A stretch of DNA of 64,000 nt from Escherichia coli. Lineage in GTDB: Bacteria; Pseudomonadota; Gammaproteobacteria; Enterobacterales; Enterobacteriaceae. The position numbers were made by a program, and so were the translations under genes. The notes under the pieces were generated by a model, which worked only from the letters and a program-made list of their open reading frames with translations, ran no database searches and was not told the origin of the DNA. The stretch lies in NCBI RefSeq assembly GCF_003019035.1, contig NZ_CP027448.1, one strand, 5' to 3'. Of the stretch, positions 40,852 through 53,126 are shown piece by piece; the stretch's first letter is position 1, and each line of letters opens with the position of its first letter.

Positions 40852-41571
40852 TCACGCTGCCTCCCGGAGTTTGTTCGGCACCATCCACCGCTCCATCTCA
40901 CGGACAGCGTGACCGGCCTCTCTTGCTGCAAGACTGGCTTCCGCAATAACCTGCCAGAACGGCATATCCTGCCACTGCCAGCGTTCCATTCCGGCCAGTG
41001 ACGGAAAACGCTCGCCCCACTGCCAGAACAGGGTTTCCAGGTCATGCTCTGCCACCCGGTCACTCCAGCGTGCATGCCAGCTTCCGACTGTTTCCGGCGA
41101 ATGGAATGCCAGTTCGATTTCAGCCTGAGCGACCAGCGCCTGGTACGCACGGGCTTTCTGCTCTGCCTCCCTCGCCTGCTGGCGGCTGTACTTCTGCATG
41201 ACCAGCGCGGATTTATGGCGACTGCGTTCCCTGACACGAAACCGCACCGACGGGAACAAGCGCTCTGCTGCATCACCGGGAAGGGGAAGGAGGCAGACCT
41301 CGCCCTGTGTTTCAATCAGCACATCGATGGCATACAGCCACTGAAGACGGTTGCCGTGCAGTTCTTCTGCGGTCAGGGACGGCATGAAAAATCGCAGGTC
41401 AGACAGCGATATCCTGCGGCTTCCGTTCAGACAGCGGAAAAACGCCCCCGCATACGGATATTCAGCCAGCGTGTTACCCTGATGGCGGCGTTTTTCGGTC
41501 TCCGCCACCGCCCGCCATACGGCCTGTTGCTCTGTGCTGAGGGGAACCAGTGCCTGTGAACGTGCGCTCAT
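40852..41571 (-). CDS. psiA: PsiA
   Basis: 239-aa ORF directly downstream of psiB, as in F-like leading regions. Confidence 0.85.
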   Translation of the reverse strand: MSARSQALVPLSTEQQAVWRAVAETEKRRHQGNTLAEYPYAGAFFRCLNGSRRISLSDLRFFMPSLTAEELHGNRLQWLYAIDVLIETQGEVCLLPLPGDAAERLFPSVRFRVRERSRHKSALVMQKYSRQQAREAEQKARAYQALVAQAEIELAFHSPETVGSWHARWSDRVAEHDLETLFWQWGERFPSLAGMERWQWQDMPFWQVIAEASLAAREAGHAVREMERWMVPNKLREAA

Positions 41572-42005
41572 GCCTGACCTCCTTCCGCCATCAGGATATG
41601 GATGATGTCACTGACGCTGTACCCCTGCGCGTCCAGTGACGCCGCCAGTGCCAGTGAATGGCTGACGGCTTCCGGTGCAAACCGCCGCTGTACCTGAACC
41701 ACCGCAAACGGCTCACCACCGGCATTCACCAGAACCAGCACCCAGACCTGAGAGACATCGCCCGGTGAACATAACGCCAGGTGAAAACGTTCGTGGGCAG
41801 GCGTGAAACGGACCTGGACGGGGAAAAATCCGCCAAACTCGCTGCCGTACTCGCCGTTCATCGTCCAGTTGTCCGGCGCATCCAGCTCCCGCATCACGGC
41901 GTGTGTCAGCTCACGGCGTTCATCACTTCCGGCAGCCCGGATATCTTCATATTCCTGTGTGTTCATGGTCTGTAATACATTCAGGGTCAGTTCAGTTTTC
42001 ATCAC
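41568..42005 (-). CDS. psiB: PsiB (inhibitor of RecA/SOS induction)
   Basis: 145-aa [67 protein letters not shown]..., matching PsiB. Confidence 0.9.
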   Translation of the reverse strand: MMKTELTLNVLQTMNTQEYEDIRAAGSDERRELTHAVMRELDAPDNWTMNGEYGSEFGGFFPVQVRFTPAHERFHLALCSPGDVSQVWVLVLVNAGGEPFAVVQVQRRFAPEAVSHSLALAASLDAQGYSVSDIIHILMAEGGQA

Positions 42006-42056
42006 GGTATCTCCCTTGCTGCCGCCCCGTCTCCGGCGGGGCGGTGTGGTTGTTCA

Positions 42057-44015
42057 TCAGGCGGCATCAGCCAGGTTATCGGTGCGTTCAGTGGCATCCG
42101 TCTGTGGGCGTGGTGCACACATCCAGCCAGGCACCCAGCGGTTGTCTTTCATATGGTGCTCTGCATGTTCAGCCGCATCGCCTTTCTTCATCTTCTCCGC
42201 GTCCCGTGCAGCACCGGACAGTCCTGCCTCATTCAGGGCTGCGATAATCTGCGGCTTTTTCAGGTGTCCGAAGAAGTTTGCTTTTGTCGGCTGCCACCAG
42301 TCGCGCATGTGAAAGCCGATGGCGCTTTCCAGCGAATCCAGCGGACTGCGTGACGTGTGACCATACTCACGGGTCTGAACACCGTGGATGCTGCATGCAG
42401 TGCAGAAACTGAGCAGGGACAACAGAACCTCCTGGCTGAGTGACAGGAACGTCGTCATATCCCGTGCCCATCCCTCCGGTAACAGGGCTGCAAGACGGGC
42501 TTTTTCTGCCATCATCGCCATGAATGCGGCACCGTCCTTCCCCGATGGCGCATCGCTGGTCAGCGCATAATGCTCACATTCCAGACGAATTTTTGCGGGA
42601 TTGCTGTACGCCCCGCTACCAAACACATTCAGGCAGAGCGTCCATGCCAGCAGTGCCAGGGATTTGTCCGGCTGTTGCATAAGCGCCGCCTGGACTGCCA
42701 GCGTGCGCTCTGAGGACATTTTCGTCAGCAGTGGCAGACTGATTTCCTCCACGGAGGCTTTCTCCTGCACCTGTTCCGTGTGGTCAGCGTCGTCAGCCAC
42801 ATCATCCTCACTGCGTAACTGCACACCACGCTGGACACATACGTTTCCATAACGCCAGGACACCACCACGCCACTTCCGGCACGCATCTCCGGCGTCCAC
42901 GCCCTGACCTTCGCCATGCAGTCAATCAGCTTCATTTCTGCTTCCAGCAGGTCGGATTCCTCACACTGGTTTTCCAGCGCATCGTAACGTGCCATCAGTT
43001 CGTTCAGGCGTTCTTCTTCTGCCTCCGTCAGCACCGCTTCCGGCTCCGGCAGACTGCGGTATGTTCCGGCATCCTCACGGCACTCACCAACGGCCTCCAT
43101 GCGTCCGGCACACCATCCCCAGCCCTCGGCTTCCCGAAGGTGTTCAGCAACAGCCTGGAGTTTTTCCAGCAGGGCAGCATCGAGCGCAACACAGTCCACA
43201 TAGCCACCCTCGTCGTCGCTGAACAAATCGGTGCGCAGTTCATCTGGCGAGAAGGCATCAGCCCCCACAAAGCGGAATTTAGTGTTCCCCACCACCGCCA
43301 CTTCACTTTCGGTCACCAGACGACGAATGGTCTGTACTCCCGGTTTTCCGCCCCATCCCGACTGACAGGCAGCTTCAAACACCTGCACCTGACGCGCGGT
43401 GTCGTTCTCCAGCGCCAGCGCCTGACAGTGCTCTGTGGTGATGCGGTCTTCTGCCAGCGCATCGAGGATGACAGGCGCAAGGTCTGCCAGTTTCAGCATT
43501 CGCTGAACGTGGCGGGGTGAATAGCCCAGCAAATCACCGATTTGTGCAGGCGTTTTGCCTTCCTGCGCCATTGCACGGAATCCGGCAATCTGTTCGGCAG
43601 GGTGCATATCCCGACGATGACCGTTTTCAGTCATTGATGCGGCAGTCGCCAGTTCCTGCGGAATAACCTTCACGCGGACAGGCCAGTCAGCAGGAAGGAT
43701 GTTGCGCTCTGCCAGCATGTTGAGTGCTGCCAGTCGGCGACCGCCTGCGGCGACACCGTAACGGTCACCTGGCAGGGCATGAACAACCAGATTCTGCAGC
43801 AGGCCGACGCCCTTAATGGACTCTGCCAGTTCGCTGACGGACTCCGCAGAATACGGCACCGTGCGCACATTCAGCGGTGACTTAATCAGCGAGGCCAGCG
43901 GCACGCTCACTTCAGCCGTCTCCGCCAGCAGGGCCGACAGGACTGTTTCCTGCGTTTTTGCAGGTTTACGGCTGGATTTACGCTCCGTTTTTACCTTAGA
44001 CTCTGTAACTGACAT
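42057..44015 (-). CDS. ParB-like nuclease-domain protein of the leading region
   Basis: Large ORF with N-terminal ParB-like region (GLLQNLVVHALPGDRYGVAAGGRRLAA); start set at MSVTESKVK, track ORF starts at 44111. Confidence 0.8.
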   Translation of the reverse strand: MSVTESKVKTERKSSRKPAKTQETVLSALLAETAEVSVPLASLIKSPLNVRTVPYSAESVSELAESIKGVGLLQNLVVHALPGDRYGVAAGGRRLAALNMLAERNILPADWPVRVKVIPQELATAASMTENGHRRDMHPAEQIAGFRAMAQEGKTPAQIGDLLGYSPRHVQRMLKLADLAPVILDALAEDRITTEHCQALALENDTARQVQVFEAACQSGWGGKPGVQTIRRLVTESEVAVVGNTKFRFVGADAFSPDELRTDLFSDDEGGYVDCVALDAALLEKLQAVAEHLREAEGWGWCAGRMEAVGECREDAGTYRSLPEPEAVLTEAEEERLNELMARYDALENQCEESDLLEAEMKLIDCMAKVRAWTPEMRAGSGVVVSWRYGNVCVQRGVQLRSEDDVADDADHTEQVQEKASVEEISLPLLTKMSSERTLAVQAALMQQPDKSLALLAWTLCLNVFGSGAYSNPAKIRLECEHYALTSDAPSGKDGAAFMAMMAEKARLAALLPEGWARDMTTFLSLSQEVLLSLLSFCTACSIHGVQTREYGHTSRSPLDSLESAIGFHMRDWWQPTKANFFGHLKKPQIIAALNEAGLSGAARDAEKMKKGDAAEHAEHHMKDNRWVPGWMCAPRPQTDATERTDNLADAA

Positions 44016-44079
44016 ATATTTCTCCTTTGACCGGGGTGGTTGTATGTCTGCCGGACGTGATCCCCGTCCGGCACCTCTC

Positions 44080-45565
<1,486 letters not shown>

Positions 45566-45667
45566 CAGGAAAAAGAAGAACAGTAGCAGTAGCAGTAGCA
45601 GGAACAACAACATCAGTAACAGACAAATGACAGGCATGAAGAAACAGAAGCCCCCATCAGAACGTCC

Positions 45668-45700
45668 GCGTAATGAAAGGGGCGGCGCGTGAGCGCGGCC
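45668..45700. terminator. GC-rich hairpin downstream of the methyltransferase gene
   Basis: gaaaggggcggcgcgtgagcgcggcccctttc inverted repeat. Confidence 0.4.
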
Positions 45701-45777
45701 CCTTTCAGCGCCACCGGCGCGCGGTCTTTTCCCGGCGCGGGCAGACGGGCATTTATCCTCCCGCCTGCCCGGCGTCT

Positions 45778-46341
45778 TCAGGCACGCAGACGAATAATCA
45801 TCGTCGGGACATCGGTATAAGCAAACGTGCCGCGCGGCAGCTCCTCGCGGACGTCAGAAAACGGTAACAGCTTCTCCTGCTGGCGTGGTCCGTTGAGACA
45901 GACGGCGACCAGCACGCCACCCGGACGCAACAGGGAAAAGGCCCGCAGGATATGCCGGATATCCTGCCCGTGGCTGAACGGCGGATTCATGATAACCCGG
46001 CTGTAATACTGCGCCGGCTGCCATTCCATGAAGTCGCCACACTGAACCCTGACACCGTTAAAATTTTCCCGCAGATACCGGACCAGCCCGCTGTTGATTT
46101 CCACCGCATCACACATGGCCCCCGGCGCGGTATCCCGAATCGCCCGCAGTATGGCCCCGGTGCCGGCAGAGGGTTCCAGAATGTGATCACGGTTGCTGAT
46201 CTCCGCCAGCATCACCAGGCGATCACAGACCGGGGCAGGAGTCACAAAAAGCTGAGATTCAGCCCGGATTTCAGCAACCGGCGCGGCGTTATCCAGCCTT
46301 GCGCGCATCAGCCGGATACGTTCTCTTAACTGACTGTGCAT
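45778..46341 (-). CDS. SAM-dependent methyltransferase (NPPF motif)
   Basis: 187-aa ORF with motif I-like EPSAGTGAI and motif IV NPPF. Confidence 0.75.
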   Translation of the reverse strand: MHSQLRERIRLMRARLDNAAPVAEIRAESQLFVTPAPVCDRLVMLAEISNRDHILEPSAGTGAILRAIRDTAPGAMCDAVEINSGLVRYLRENFNGVRVQCGDFMEWQPAQYYSRVIMNPPFSHGQDIRHILRAFSLLRPGGVLVAVCLNGPRQQEKLLPFSDVREELPRGTFAYTDVPTMIIRLRA

Positions 46342-46388
46342 GTCATTATCTCCGTCATCCCCCGGGGATTTTCCCGGGGGGATATACC

Positions 46389-47750
46389 TTATTTCTGTGG
46401 AATTTCCGTGATTTTCATGTCGGTGATATACACATTCACCAGGCGGAAATTATTGTCCATTGTGCGGCGGTAGCGGTATGCCCCGTGGTCTTCTGCTTCT
46501 GCCACACTGCGCACGGCCTTACAGTCCCGGGGCAGGGCGGCCCACTGTGCCTTTGTCATTTCCCGGAAACCTTCCCCCGGATAGTTGACTACCGGCGGAC
46601 GCTTCGCGGCCTGACTGGCGACGGCAGCCTCTTCTGCCGATGGTGCTTTGTAGTCCGTGATGCGATCGGGCGTCACTTTCATCGTGCCGCTGTACCCGAG
46701 AAAACTGTAATTTGGCGTTGTGACTGAACTCACCACCCCGTTGCTTTTGTTCACACGGATGATGGTCAGCCACTCGCCCCGGCTGAAAACCTGTCCGCCC
46801 GGCTCAAAATCCTGTGTCCGGGTAACCACGCCGCCGCTTTCGTCCAGCATGGCACGCTCATAGATCAGGCGGTTCTGATAGTGGTTAACCCAGCGTTGCT
46901 GACGCTGGATCTGCCGTTCATGACAGCGGATCGCAATTTCGCGGGCCTGCTCCGTGGTGATGATGTCATCATCCAGGGCCGACCATAACGATCGACTTCC
47001 TTCATACTGGCTTTTTTCTGCCGGGCGCGGATACGTATCCAGCGGGAAACAGGCGCTAATATGGTCATGACTGCTGATGAGTTTTGCCATATTCAGATCC
47101 AGCGATTCAGCCCGCCACATCGTCAGATATTTCTGCGACTGTGCGATGGTCTTTTCAGCCTTGCGCAAATCAGCTTCGATTTTTTTGATACGACGCCAGC
47201 GAACGTCCGGACGTTCTTTATACTTCGCGTGAAGCAGTGCCGACCGCGCGCGTTCTTCCCAGTATTCCGCACGTTCAAAGAGCATCACGGCACGTTTCAT
47301 GCCGTTTTCAATACGCTGCGCATCACGACGGGCGCGGCGTTCGCTGTGATGCCCCACAAGAATGGGCTGACCGGGCGGGATCATCGCGGCCAGTCTTTCC
47401 ACTTCATCAAGTGCCTGTGCGGATTCACTGGCCCGCTTTCCGCTGTATCCGGTAAACCGCTCCGCCCGTGCTTCCTGACGTTCAGCGAGCGTGCTGTCTT
47501 CATCCTCAATCTCTCCGGCAAGTGAGAGGAGCACGTCTTCCCGGCCCGGTGTCCAGGCTGGCGCGACAAACAGCGCCTGTTTGGGTGCCCAGCGAAAACC
47601 GGCATCATGCACTTTTTTATACGTCTCCGGGTCGAGGCGTGACGCGGCATACAGGCGCAGTTTGTTGTCATCCGGTGAGTAGGTCGCGCGGTACATCTGC
47701 ACAGGGCTGGCGGCTTCCGGGGCGGTCATGGTGATGGCTGCTAATGTCAT
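46389..47750 (-). CDS. Leading-region protein, DUF3560-like
   Basis: 453-aa ORF in the operon between repeat copy 3 and the methyltransferase; family assignment from memory only. Confidence 0.6.
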   Translation of the reverse strand: MTLAAITMTAPEAASPVQMYRATYSPDDNKLRLYAASRLDPETYKKVHDAGFRWAPKQALFVAPAWTPGREDVLLSLAGEIEDEDSTLAERQEARAERFTGYSGKRASESAQALDEVERLAAMIPPGQPILVGHHSERRARRDAQRIENGMKRAVMLFERAEYWEERARSALLHAKYKERPDVRWRRIKKIEADLRKAEKTIAQSQKYLTMWRAESLDLNMAKLISSHDHISACFPLDTYPRPAEKSQYEGSRSLWSALDDDIITTEQAREIAIRCHERQIQRQQRWVNHYQNRLIYERAMLDESGGVVTRTQDFEPGGQVFSRGEWLTIIRVNKSNGVVSSVTTPNYSFLGYSGTMKVTPDRITDYKAPSAEEAAVASQAAKRPPVVNYPGEGFREMTKAQWAALPRDCKAVRSVAEAEDHGAYRYRRTMDNNFRLVNVYITDMKITEIPQK

Positions 47751-47801
47751 AAAATGTTCTCCTTCCGTCTGTTGCCGCCCCTCGCGGGGCGGCTCACCTC
47801 A

Positions 47802-48032
47802 TCAGTTAAAAGCGCGTTTCAGTTCGAGTGTGCGGAGCACCTGCCCGAAGGCCGTGTTTTTCATGGCGGGGATGTGTACACCACGCCCCCGGTGAAAACT
47901 CCGGGCTATGTGTCGCCCGAAGGCTTTCAGCACGGGGTCAATTTCCGGCGCGGGGATGTCTTCGCGTCTGAAACGGGGATGACGGCGGGGCTTTACAGCC
48001 GCTGCGGAAGGTGAAACAATACTTACCGTCAT
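47802..48032 (-). CDS. Small hypothetical protein (76 aa)
   Basis: First ORF downstream of repeat copy 3, co-oriented with the operon; no family recognised. Confidence 0.4.
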   Translation of the reverse strand: MTVSIVSPSAAAVKPRRHPRFRREDIPAPEIDPVLKAFGRHIARSFHRGRGVHIPAMKNTAFGQVLRTLELKRAFN

Positions 48033-48264
48033 AAATGAAACTCCTTATGACTGTTGAATGGAACCGCAGAAACTGCTCGAACAGTTTTTGCGGTGTGGAT
48101 TAAGCAGGTCCTCCCCGGCCTGCTTTTTTCATATCTGCGTCTGACGTTCTCCGGTGTTTTCCTCCTTCTGTTCCTGCGTTCTCATTACCTGCCAGCCGGA
48201 TGACTGACAGAACAAATAAATGCGTATTGCCGGAGCCTGAAATAAATCCTGATTTTTAAAGAAC

Positions 48265-48880
48265 ATCACCCGTTGAGTTTCGGGAGCCGCGGTTTTGACG
48301 TTTCGCGGGAACCTGCTGCTGTATTCCCTGTGGTATGAACTTCACCCGTTTGAGAACCTTCGCCGCAAGGGGCATCACTGCCACGGCCTGACGCACCTGT
48401 CCTGGGCAGAACGCAAAATTTTTTACCGGGTTTGGGGTAAAAAATTTTGTGGGCTGTTCATTTACCCTGGACAGTCAGTGCGGCAGGTTGTGGCTGTATC
48501 AGCCCCCGGCGACAGGGACTCATACGGGTGTGTGGCACCCGGCAGGCAATGAGCAGGGACCCGCCGCAACGACGGAGAGCGCGTGCGCGAAACGGCGTTG
48601 CCCCTTACATCCCGGCGGCCTTTTGCCGGGATGCCAGGAGCGCAGGCCACGGCGCGACAGAGGCGGCGCGACCGGAACGGTCGCTGCAAGCCAGGGGGTT
48701 TCACGCATCGGACCGTAGCGGCAGCCCGAAACCGCGCCAGCGGGTTCGGCGGAGACTGGCAGGTGCGCCAGCAGCTGCCTGTCGGAGTCGGGCCTGACGA
48801 CCGGATGCCGCCAGGCAGCCGGGAGCCGAAGGTGCGCCCGGCAGACAGAACAACACTGCAGTAGTCAGAATCAGAGCAGC
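48265..48880 (-). repeat. Frpo/ssi-like structured repeat, copy 3
   Basis: Third copy of the repeat; 5' end slightly diverged. Confidence 0.7.
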
Positions 48881-49072
48881 AGATAAAGGAACAACAACAA
48901 CATCAGGAACAGTTCCACAACATAAGAAAGAAACACTCCTGAGTCAGACACATCACAGACGGGAAGGGTAACGGGCGACGCGCCAGCGTGGCCCGCTTCC
49001 CTTCCGGCAGGCGTCAGCCTGCCAGGGGTTTTCGCGCGGGCTGACAGGCGGCCTCCACCGCCTGCCCCTGTA

Positions 49073-49264
49073 TCACCTGTTTCTGCTGCCCTGTAAGATG
49101 TAGTGACCGCCCAGGAAAACCGCCTGCTGATTCGCCACAAAATCGCAGATTTCATCAACAATCTGCGCGGTGGTGAGCGGTTTCTGCCCCATTTCACGAC
49201 GCCGCGCATTAATCACGGCCCTGTAATTACGCAGAATTTCGCGGGTTTCTGTGCTGATATTCAT
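49073..49264 (-). CDS. Small hypothetical protein (63 aa), start overlaps upstream gene
   Basis: Start overlaps the stop of the 140-aa ORF upstream (ATGA); no family recognised. Confidence 0.45.
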   Translation of the reverse strand: MNISTETREILRNYRAVINARRREMGQKPLTTAQIVDEICDFVANQQAVFLGGHYILQGSRNR

Positions 49265-49683
49265 GACATCGTCTCCCCGTCCAGCGCCTGTAACACAACG
49301 TCCATTGCTTCGCGTTCCTCCCTGACGAATGCGTCACCGTCGCCCCCGTTCTCACTCCCGACGGCATACAGGCGCTTCATTTCACTGCCTGCCAGCGCCA
49401 TCACTTTTTCCAGCATCACCGCCGGGACTGTCACATGACGGCTGGCGCGCTTTTCTTCCATCAGTTCACGAACAACGTCGTGAACAACGCTGACATCCGC
49501 ACCATGCTCAAAGGCATCGTCCAGCCGCTGCATGACGGTTTCCAGCTCATCGTCTGCCAGACTCCAGTCCTGAGCTATGTGGCGCACATCCCCACGGGTC
49601 AGCACCACGGCAAAAACGCATTCACTGTCCGGCACGTCTGTATCCAGCACTTCGCGGATAATTTCTTTAACAGTACAGTACAT
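49261..49683 (-). CDS. Leading-region acidic protein, possibly DUF1380-like; paralog of 51390..51824
   Basis: 140-aa ORF MYCTVKEIIREVLDTD...VTVPAVMLEKV... sharing the MY.T N-terminus and VTVPA motif with the 144-aa ORF at 51390..51824. Confidence 0.6.
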   Translation of the reverse strand: MYCTVKEIIREVLDTDVPDSECVFAVVLTRGDVRHIAQDWSLADDELETVMQRLDDAFEHGADVSVVHDVVRELMEEKRASRHVTVPAVMLEKVMALAGSEMKRLYAVGSENGGDGDAFVREEREAMDVVLQALDGETMS

Positions 49684-49729
49684 GTTCTCGTCTCCTTTAC
49701 AGGGGCGGCATTGCCGCCCCGTCCGTTAA

Positions 49730-50155
49730 TCAGTCCAGTGCCGCGTAAATCGCGTTACATTCGGGGTGAAATTCGATGTGGCTCCACAACTGCGCATCGC
49801 GCATCCTGTACAGGTGAGTCAGTCCTGCATCACCGCTGTCGTGGTACAGCCACAACTGACGGTTAATCACAAGGGAAGTCACAATGATGCCTGCGGCATC
49901 GGCGCTGACCGTACGGTCAAACCAGTTTTCACCGTTCACCATGTGGAAACGGTCGCCATCCGGCATCATGTAACCGCCACCGTCCGGCAGGCGGATGAAG
50001 TGCCAGAATCCGCCTTCATATTCCGGCATCATTTTTTTCGCCAGCGCGTACACAGATGCCTCGGCATACAGAAAATCATTGCCAAACAGATACAGCAGAA
50101 AGGAGAGACGGTCGCATTCTTCAACATTCAGAGTGACAGGTTTCGCATACTGCAT
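49730..50155 (-). CDS. Putative antirestriction protein (ArdB/KlcA-like)
   Basis: 141-aa ORF from [41 protein letters not shown]... with GGAGG Shine-Dalgarno; family call from memory, moderate certainty. Confidence 0.55.
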   Translation of the reverse strand: MQYAKPVTLNVEECDRLSFLLYLFGNDFLYAEASVYALAKKMMPEYEGGFWHFIRLPDGGGYMMPDGDRFHMVNGENWFDRTVSADAAGIIVTSLVINRQLWLYHDSGDAGLTHLYRMRDAQLWSHIEFHPECNAIYAALD

Positions 50156-50567
50156 GGGATTTCCTCCGTTGTTCACATATTCCGCGACACCGGGCGGTGC
50201 CGTGCCTCCATAAAAGCCGGGCGATAAGGCGGGGATGCACAGGGCGCAAGGGAAGCCGCAGCCTGACGCACACGGCTGACGGGAGTTGGAGGGGGAGACC
50301 GCGAAATCTGAGCGGGTGAACGACCGGAAAATCACGGCAGACGGGAAGGAGGGACCGGGTGACCGCAGCGTTCATTTTACCCTTGCATCCCCGCCAGCCC
50401 GGCTAAGATGGAGGCACGGCACAGCCCGCACACGACACGGTGGCCACATAACTGAAAACCCACAAGGCCATGCCTGCATGGCCGGGTAAAGCGGAGCCGG
50501 CGGCGACTTCCTTTGTGCTCTGTCCGGGGACCGGCAGAAAAAAAAGCGGGGATTTTCCCCGCCATCA

Positions 50568-51344
50568 TCAGCCCCTGATTTTTGCCAGGGCATCCGCCAT
50601 GCTGCGGATTTCGGCCCGGGCTTCCCGGACAACTTCCCGCAGAACACCACGGTCAAACCTCTGGCGGGGCGGTTCATCCGGTATACGCAGCACATCGCAG
50701 GCCAGCCCACTGGACAGGATATGTTCAATACAATCGCTGACCAGATACATTTCCACCGCCGAAAAACGTGCGCCCCGGTTCAGGATGGCATCGAGCACCA
50801 CGGGCAGGTTTTCGTCGTCCTCATCGAGCCAGCAGGGGTGATCGCTTTCCTTCACGACCAGGCGAAAGCGGCGCGTCTGGCGGGTCAGTAACGTCTGACC
50901 AGTGGTGGTCAGCGCCGCCCGGATACGCCGCGTATCTTCTGCCACCCGGCAACTGACACTGCGTACCGCATCGCGCACCGCCGCAAGTACAGCCCTGATT
51001 TCGTCTTCGGTCAGCCATTCACCGGCATACGGAAAAGACACCTGCGTTCCGTCTGCCGGAAGTACCGGCAGCGACTGCCACTGACTGCCGGACAGTACAA
51101 GTTCCTCCCCGGTTCCGGTCAGTTTGTGAATGGCGGAGGCCAGGAGCGGCGGCAGTACGCCGCCGTGACGGTTTATAAGTAACGTCGCCAGCTGGGGCGC
51201 ATCCAGCCGCACGTAAATGCTGATCCAACCCGGATAGTTCGGGTTTCGCTGGTCAACATCAGTCTCTTCCGGCCAGCCCTGCGCCAGCAGCAGGTCGCGG
51301 GCGTGACGACAAATCAGTGCATTCAGCGTTGTGTTTTCGTTCAT
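50568..51344 (-). CDS. Hypothetical leading-region protein (258 aa)
   Basis: Long ORF co-oriented with neighbours; no family recognised. Confidence 0.65.
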   Translation of the reverse strand: MNENTTLNALICRHARDLLLAQGWPEETDVDQRNPNYPGWISIYVRLDAPQLATLLINRHGGVLPPLLASAIHKLTGTGEELVLSGSQWQSLPVLPADGTQVSFPYAGEWLTEDEIRAVLAAVRDAVRSVSCRVAEDTRRIRAALTTTGQTLLTRQTRRFRLVVKESDHPCWLDEDDENLPVVLDAILNRGARFSAVEMYLVSDCIEHILSSGLACDVLRIPDEPPRQRFDRGVLREVVREARAEIRSMADALAKIRG

Positions 51345-51389
51345 GATTAATCGTTCTCCCTGTATCGCCGCCCGGAGGCGGCGATAACA

Positions 51390-51824
51390 TCAGTCGTTTT
51401 CGTGTGTGTTGTTTTTCAGCAGGCTGCGGGTCTGATTAACCACCGCCTGACGGCGGGTGACGCATTCCGGGACGGCGAGGCCGTTATCACGGGCGGCCCA
51501 TTCACGCTTCCACAGTGCCTGTTCAGCGGTCTGAATCAGGGACGCCAGCAGTTCAGCAGGGACGGTCACCTGGCGGTTTTCACTCACGTTGCTGATAATC
51601 TCCATCGCCGCACAGGAAGAAATACCGGACTCAGTCCGCTGGTCTTCCGGGATGTCCTCCAGCCGCGCCAGGACGGTCCTGATTTCATGATCGGACAGGG
51701 AAATATCCATTCCGTCAGCGAGGGCCTGAGTTTCTTCCGGGGACCAGATAACCAGCATCAGCGGCGTGTCTCCCGGATACTGCGCTGCCAGCTCCCGGCA
51801 CAGCGTTTCGCATGTTCCGTACAT
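51390..51824 (-). CDS. Leading-region acidic protein, possibly DUF1380-like; paralog of 49261..49683
   Basis: 144-aa ORF MYGTCETLCRELAAQYPGDTPLMLVIW...VTVPAELLASL... Confidence 0.6.
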   Translation of the reverse strand: MYGTCETLCRELAAQYPGDTPLMLVIWSPEETQALADGMDISLSDHEIRTVLARLEDIPEDQRTESGISSCAAMEIISNVSENRQVTVPAELLASLIQTAEQALWKREWAARDNGLAVPECVTRRQAVVNQTRSLLKNNTHEND

Positions 51825-51837
51825 TCTCGTCTCCTTC

Positions 51838-52059
51838 TCAATCTTTGAAGCAGGAATCCAGTTCCAGAATTTCGGTATACGCCTCCATAAACAGGCGATT
51901 GGCGCGATACAGCGTCTGGCGTGTCAGGCGTTCAACAAGCACATCGGAATCAAAGCGACAGCGATGCTCCATATCGTTCAGCCTGGCCCGAAGGTCACAC
52001 ATGGTGTTGGCCACCTCCGCCACGTCGGCGCGAAGTTTTTCGTGTCCGGCATAGTTCAT
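51838..52059 (-). CDS. Small hypothetical protein (73 aa)
   Basis: ORF abutting the methyltransferase stop at 52060; no family recognised. Confidence 0.45.
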   Translation of the reverse strand: MNYAGHEKLRADVAEVANTMCDLRARLNDMEHRCRFDSDVLVERLTRQTLYRANRLFMEAYTEILELDSCFKD

Positions 52060-52743
52060 TTACGCAGCCTCCGGTTCAAACCAGTTATCATTCGCGGCCC
52101 CCTGCTGCATGGCCCGTTGCACGGCGGCCATTCGTTGCTGTCCGGCACGGTGATACTGTTCAAGCAGCTCGATACCGATATACCGGCGTCCGGACTGAAG
52201 GGCGACCACGCAGGTTGAGCCGCTGCCTGCAAACGGGTCCAGCACAATCGCGTTCGGATGTGTGAAGCTCTCAATCAGTGGTTGCAGGCTGGTAACGGGC
52301 TTTTCCGTCGGGTGATGGCGGTTGCCTGAATATTTCCAGCCCAGCACGTCCGGCAGCAGGTTTTGTGGCAGACGTGGACGGCCTTTTGCCAGGATGTAGG
52401 CGCATTCGTGGCGATAGCCCACATATGCGGCCTTCGATGTGTAGTTTTTGGTGAAGACCAGGTGCTCGACCACACTGAATCCCGCATTTTTCCAGGCGGC
52501 CATAAAGCGATCGACGCGGTTCCAGCCATAGAGGCTCACCATCAGCGCGTCTTTTTTCAGCACACGGTACATTTCATTACAGGCCGGTTGCAGCCATTCA
52601 TCGGTTTTATCACCCGCGATGGTACGTCCCTGACGGTCACGAAAACCGACGAGGTACGGCGGGTCAGTCAGCATGAAATCAATGGCGTTATCAGGGATAC
52701 GGGCCATAACATCGATGCAGTTACCGAGGACAAAACGGGACAT
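52060..52743 (-). CDS. Orphan DNA methyltransferase (beta-class N6A/N4C type, DPPY motif)
   Basis: 227-aa ORF with DPPY early and FAGSGST later (motif IV before motif I), YhdJ-like order; no adjacent restriction enzyme gene. Confidence 0.85.
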   Translation of the reverse strand: MSRFVLGNCIDVMARIPDNAIDFMLTDPPYLVGFRDRQGRTIAGDKTDEWLQPACNEMYRVLKKDALMVSLYGWNRVDRFMAAWKNAGFSVVEHLVFTKNYTSKAAYVGYRHECAYILAKGRPRLPQNLLPDVLGWKYSGNRHHPTEKPVTSLQPLIESFTHPNAIVLDPFAGSGSTCVVALQSGRRYIGIELLEQYHRAGQQRMAAVQRAMQQGAANDNWFEPEAA

Positions 52744-53126
52744 AACAACGCTCCTTCTTTCACAGAGGGCACCGGGAGGGCCCCCTGTGGTGCCCGTTCC
52801 CCGCTGCCTGTGGGCTGTTCACCGCGTCCGGTAACTGGTCAGGCCGACCGTGGAATACCGCAGCCGTCGTCTTTTTGACGGCAAGGTTATGCCGCGAAAG
52901 CGGCTTGAAGGGCGTTCATCAGAAAAGGGCGACGGGCTGGCGTACACTGTCACCGACGCCAGCCGGGAGCGGTAAAAGCGACCGTTCCGTGCCCGCCGGA
53001 CGCGGGACACTGACCACAGGCAGCGTTCCTGCCGCGCCGCGTCAGCCGGCGCAGTAAAAAGAGGAGCACGGCGACATCCTTTGTCGGAAAAGAAACGGGC
53101 GGTTGCCCGCCCGTCTCCGTCATACT

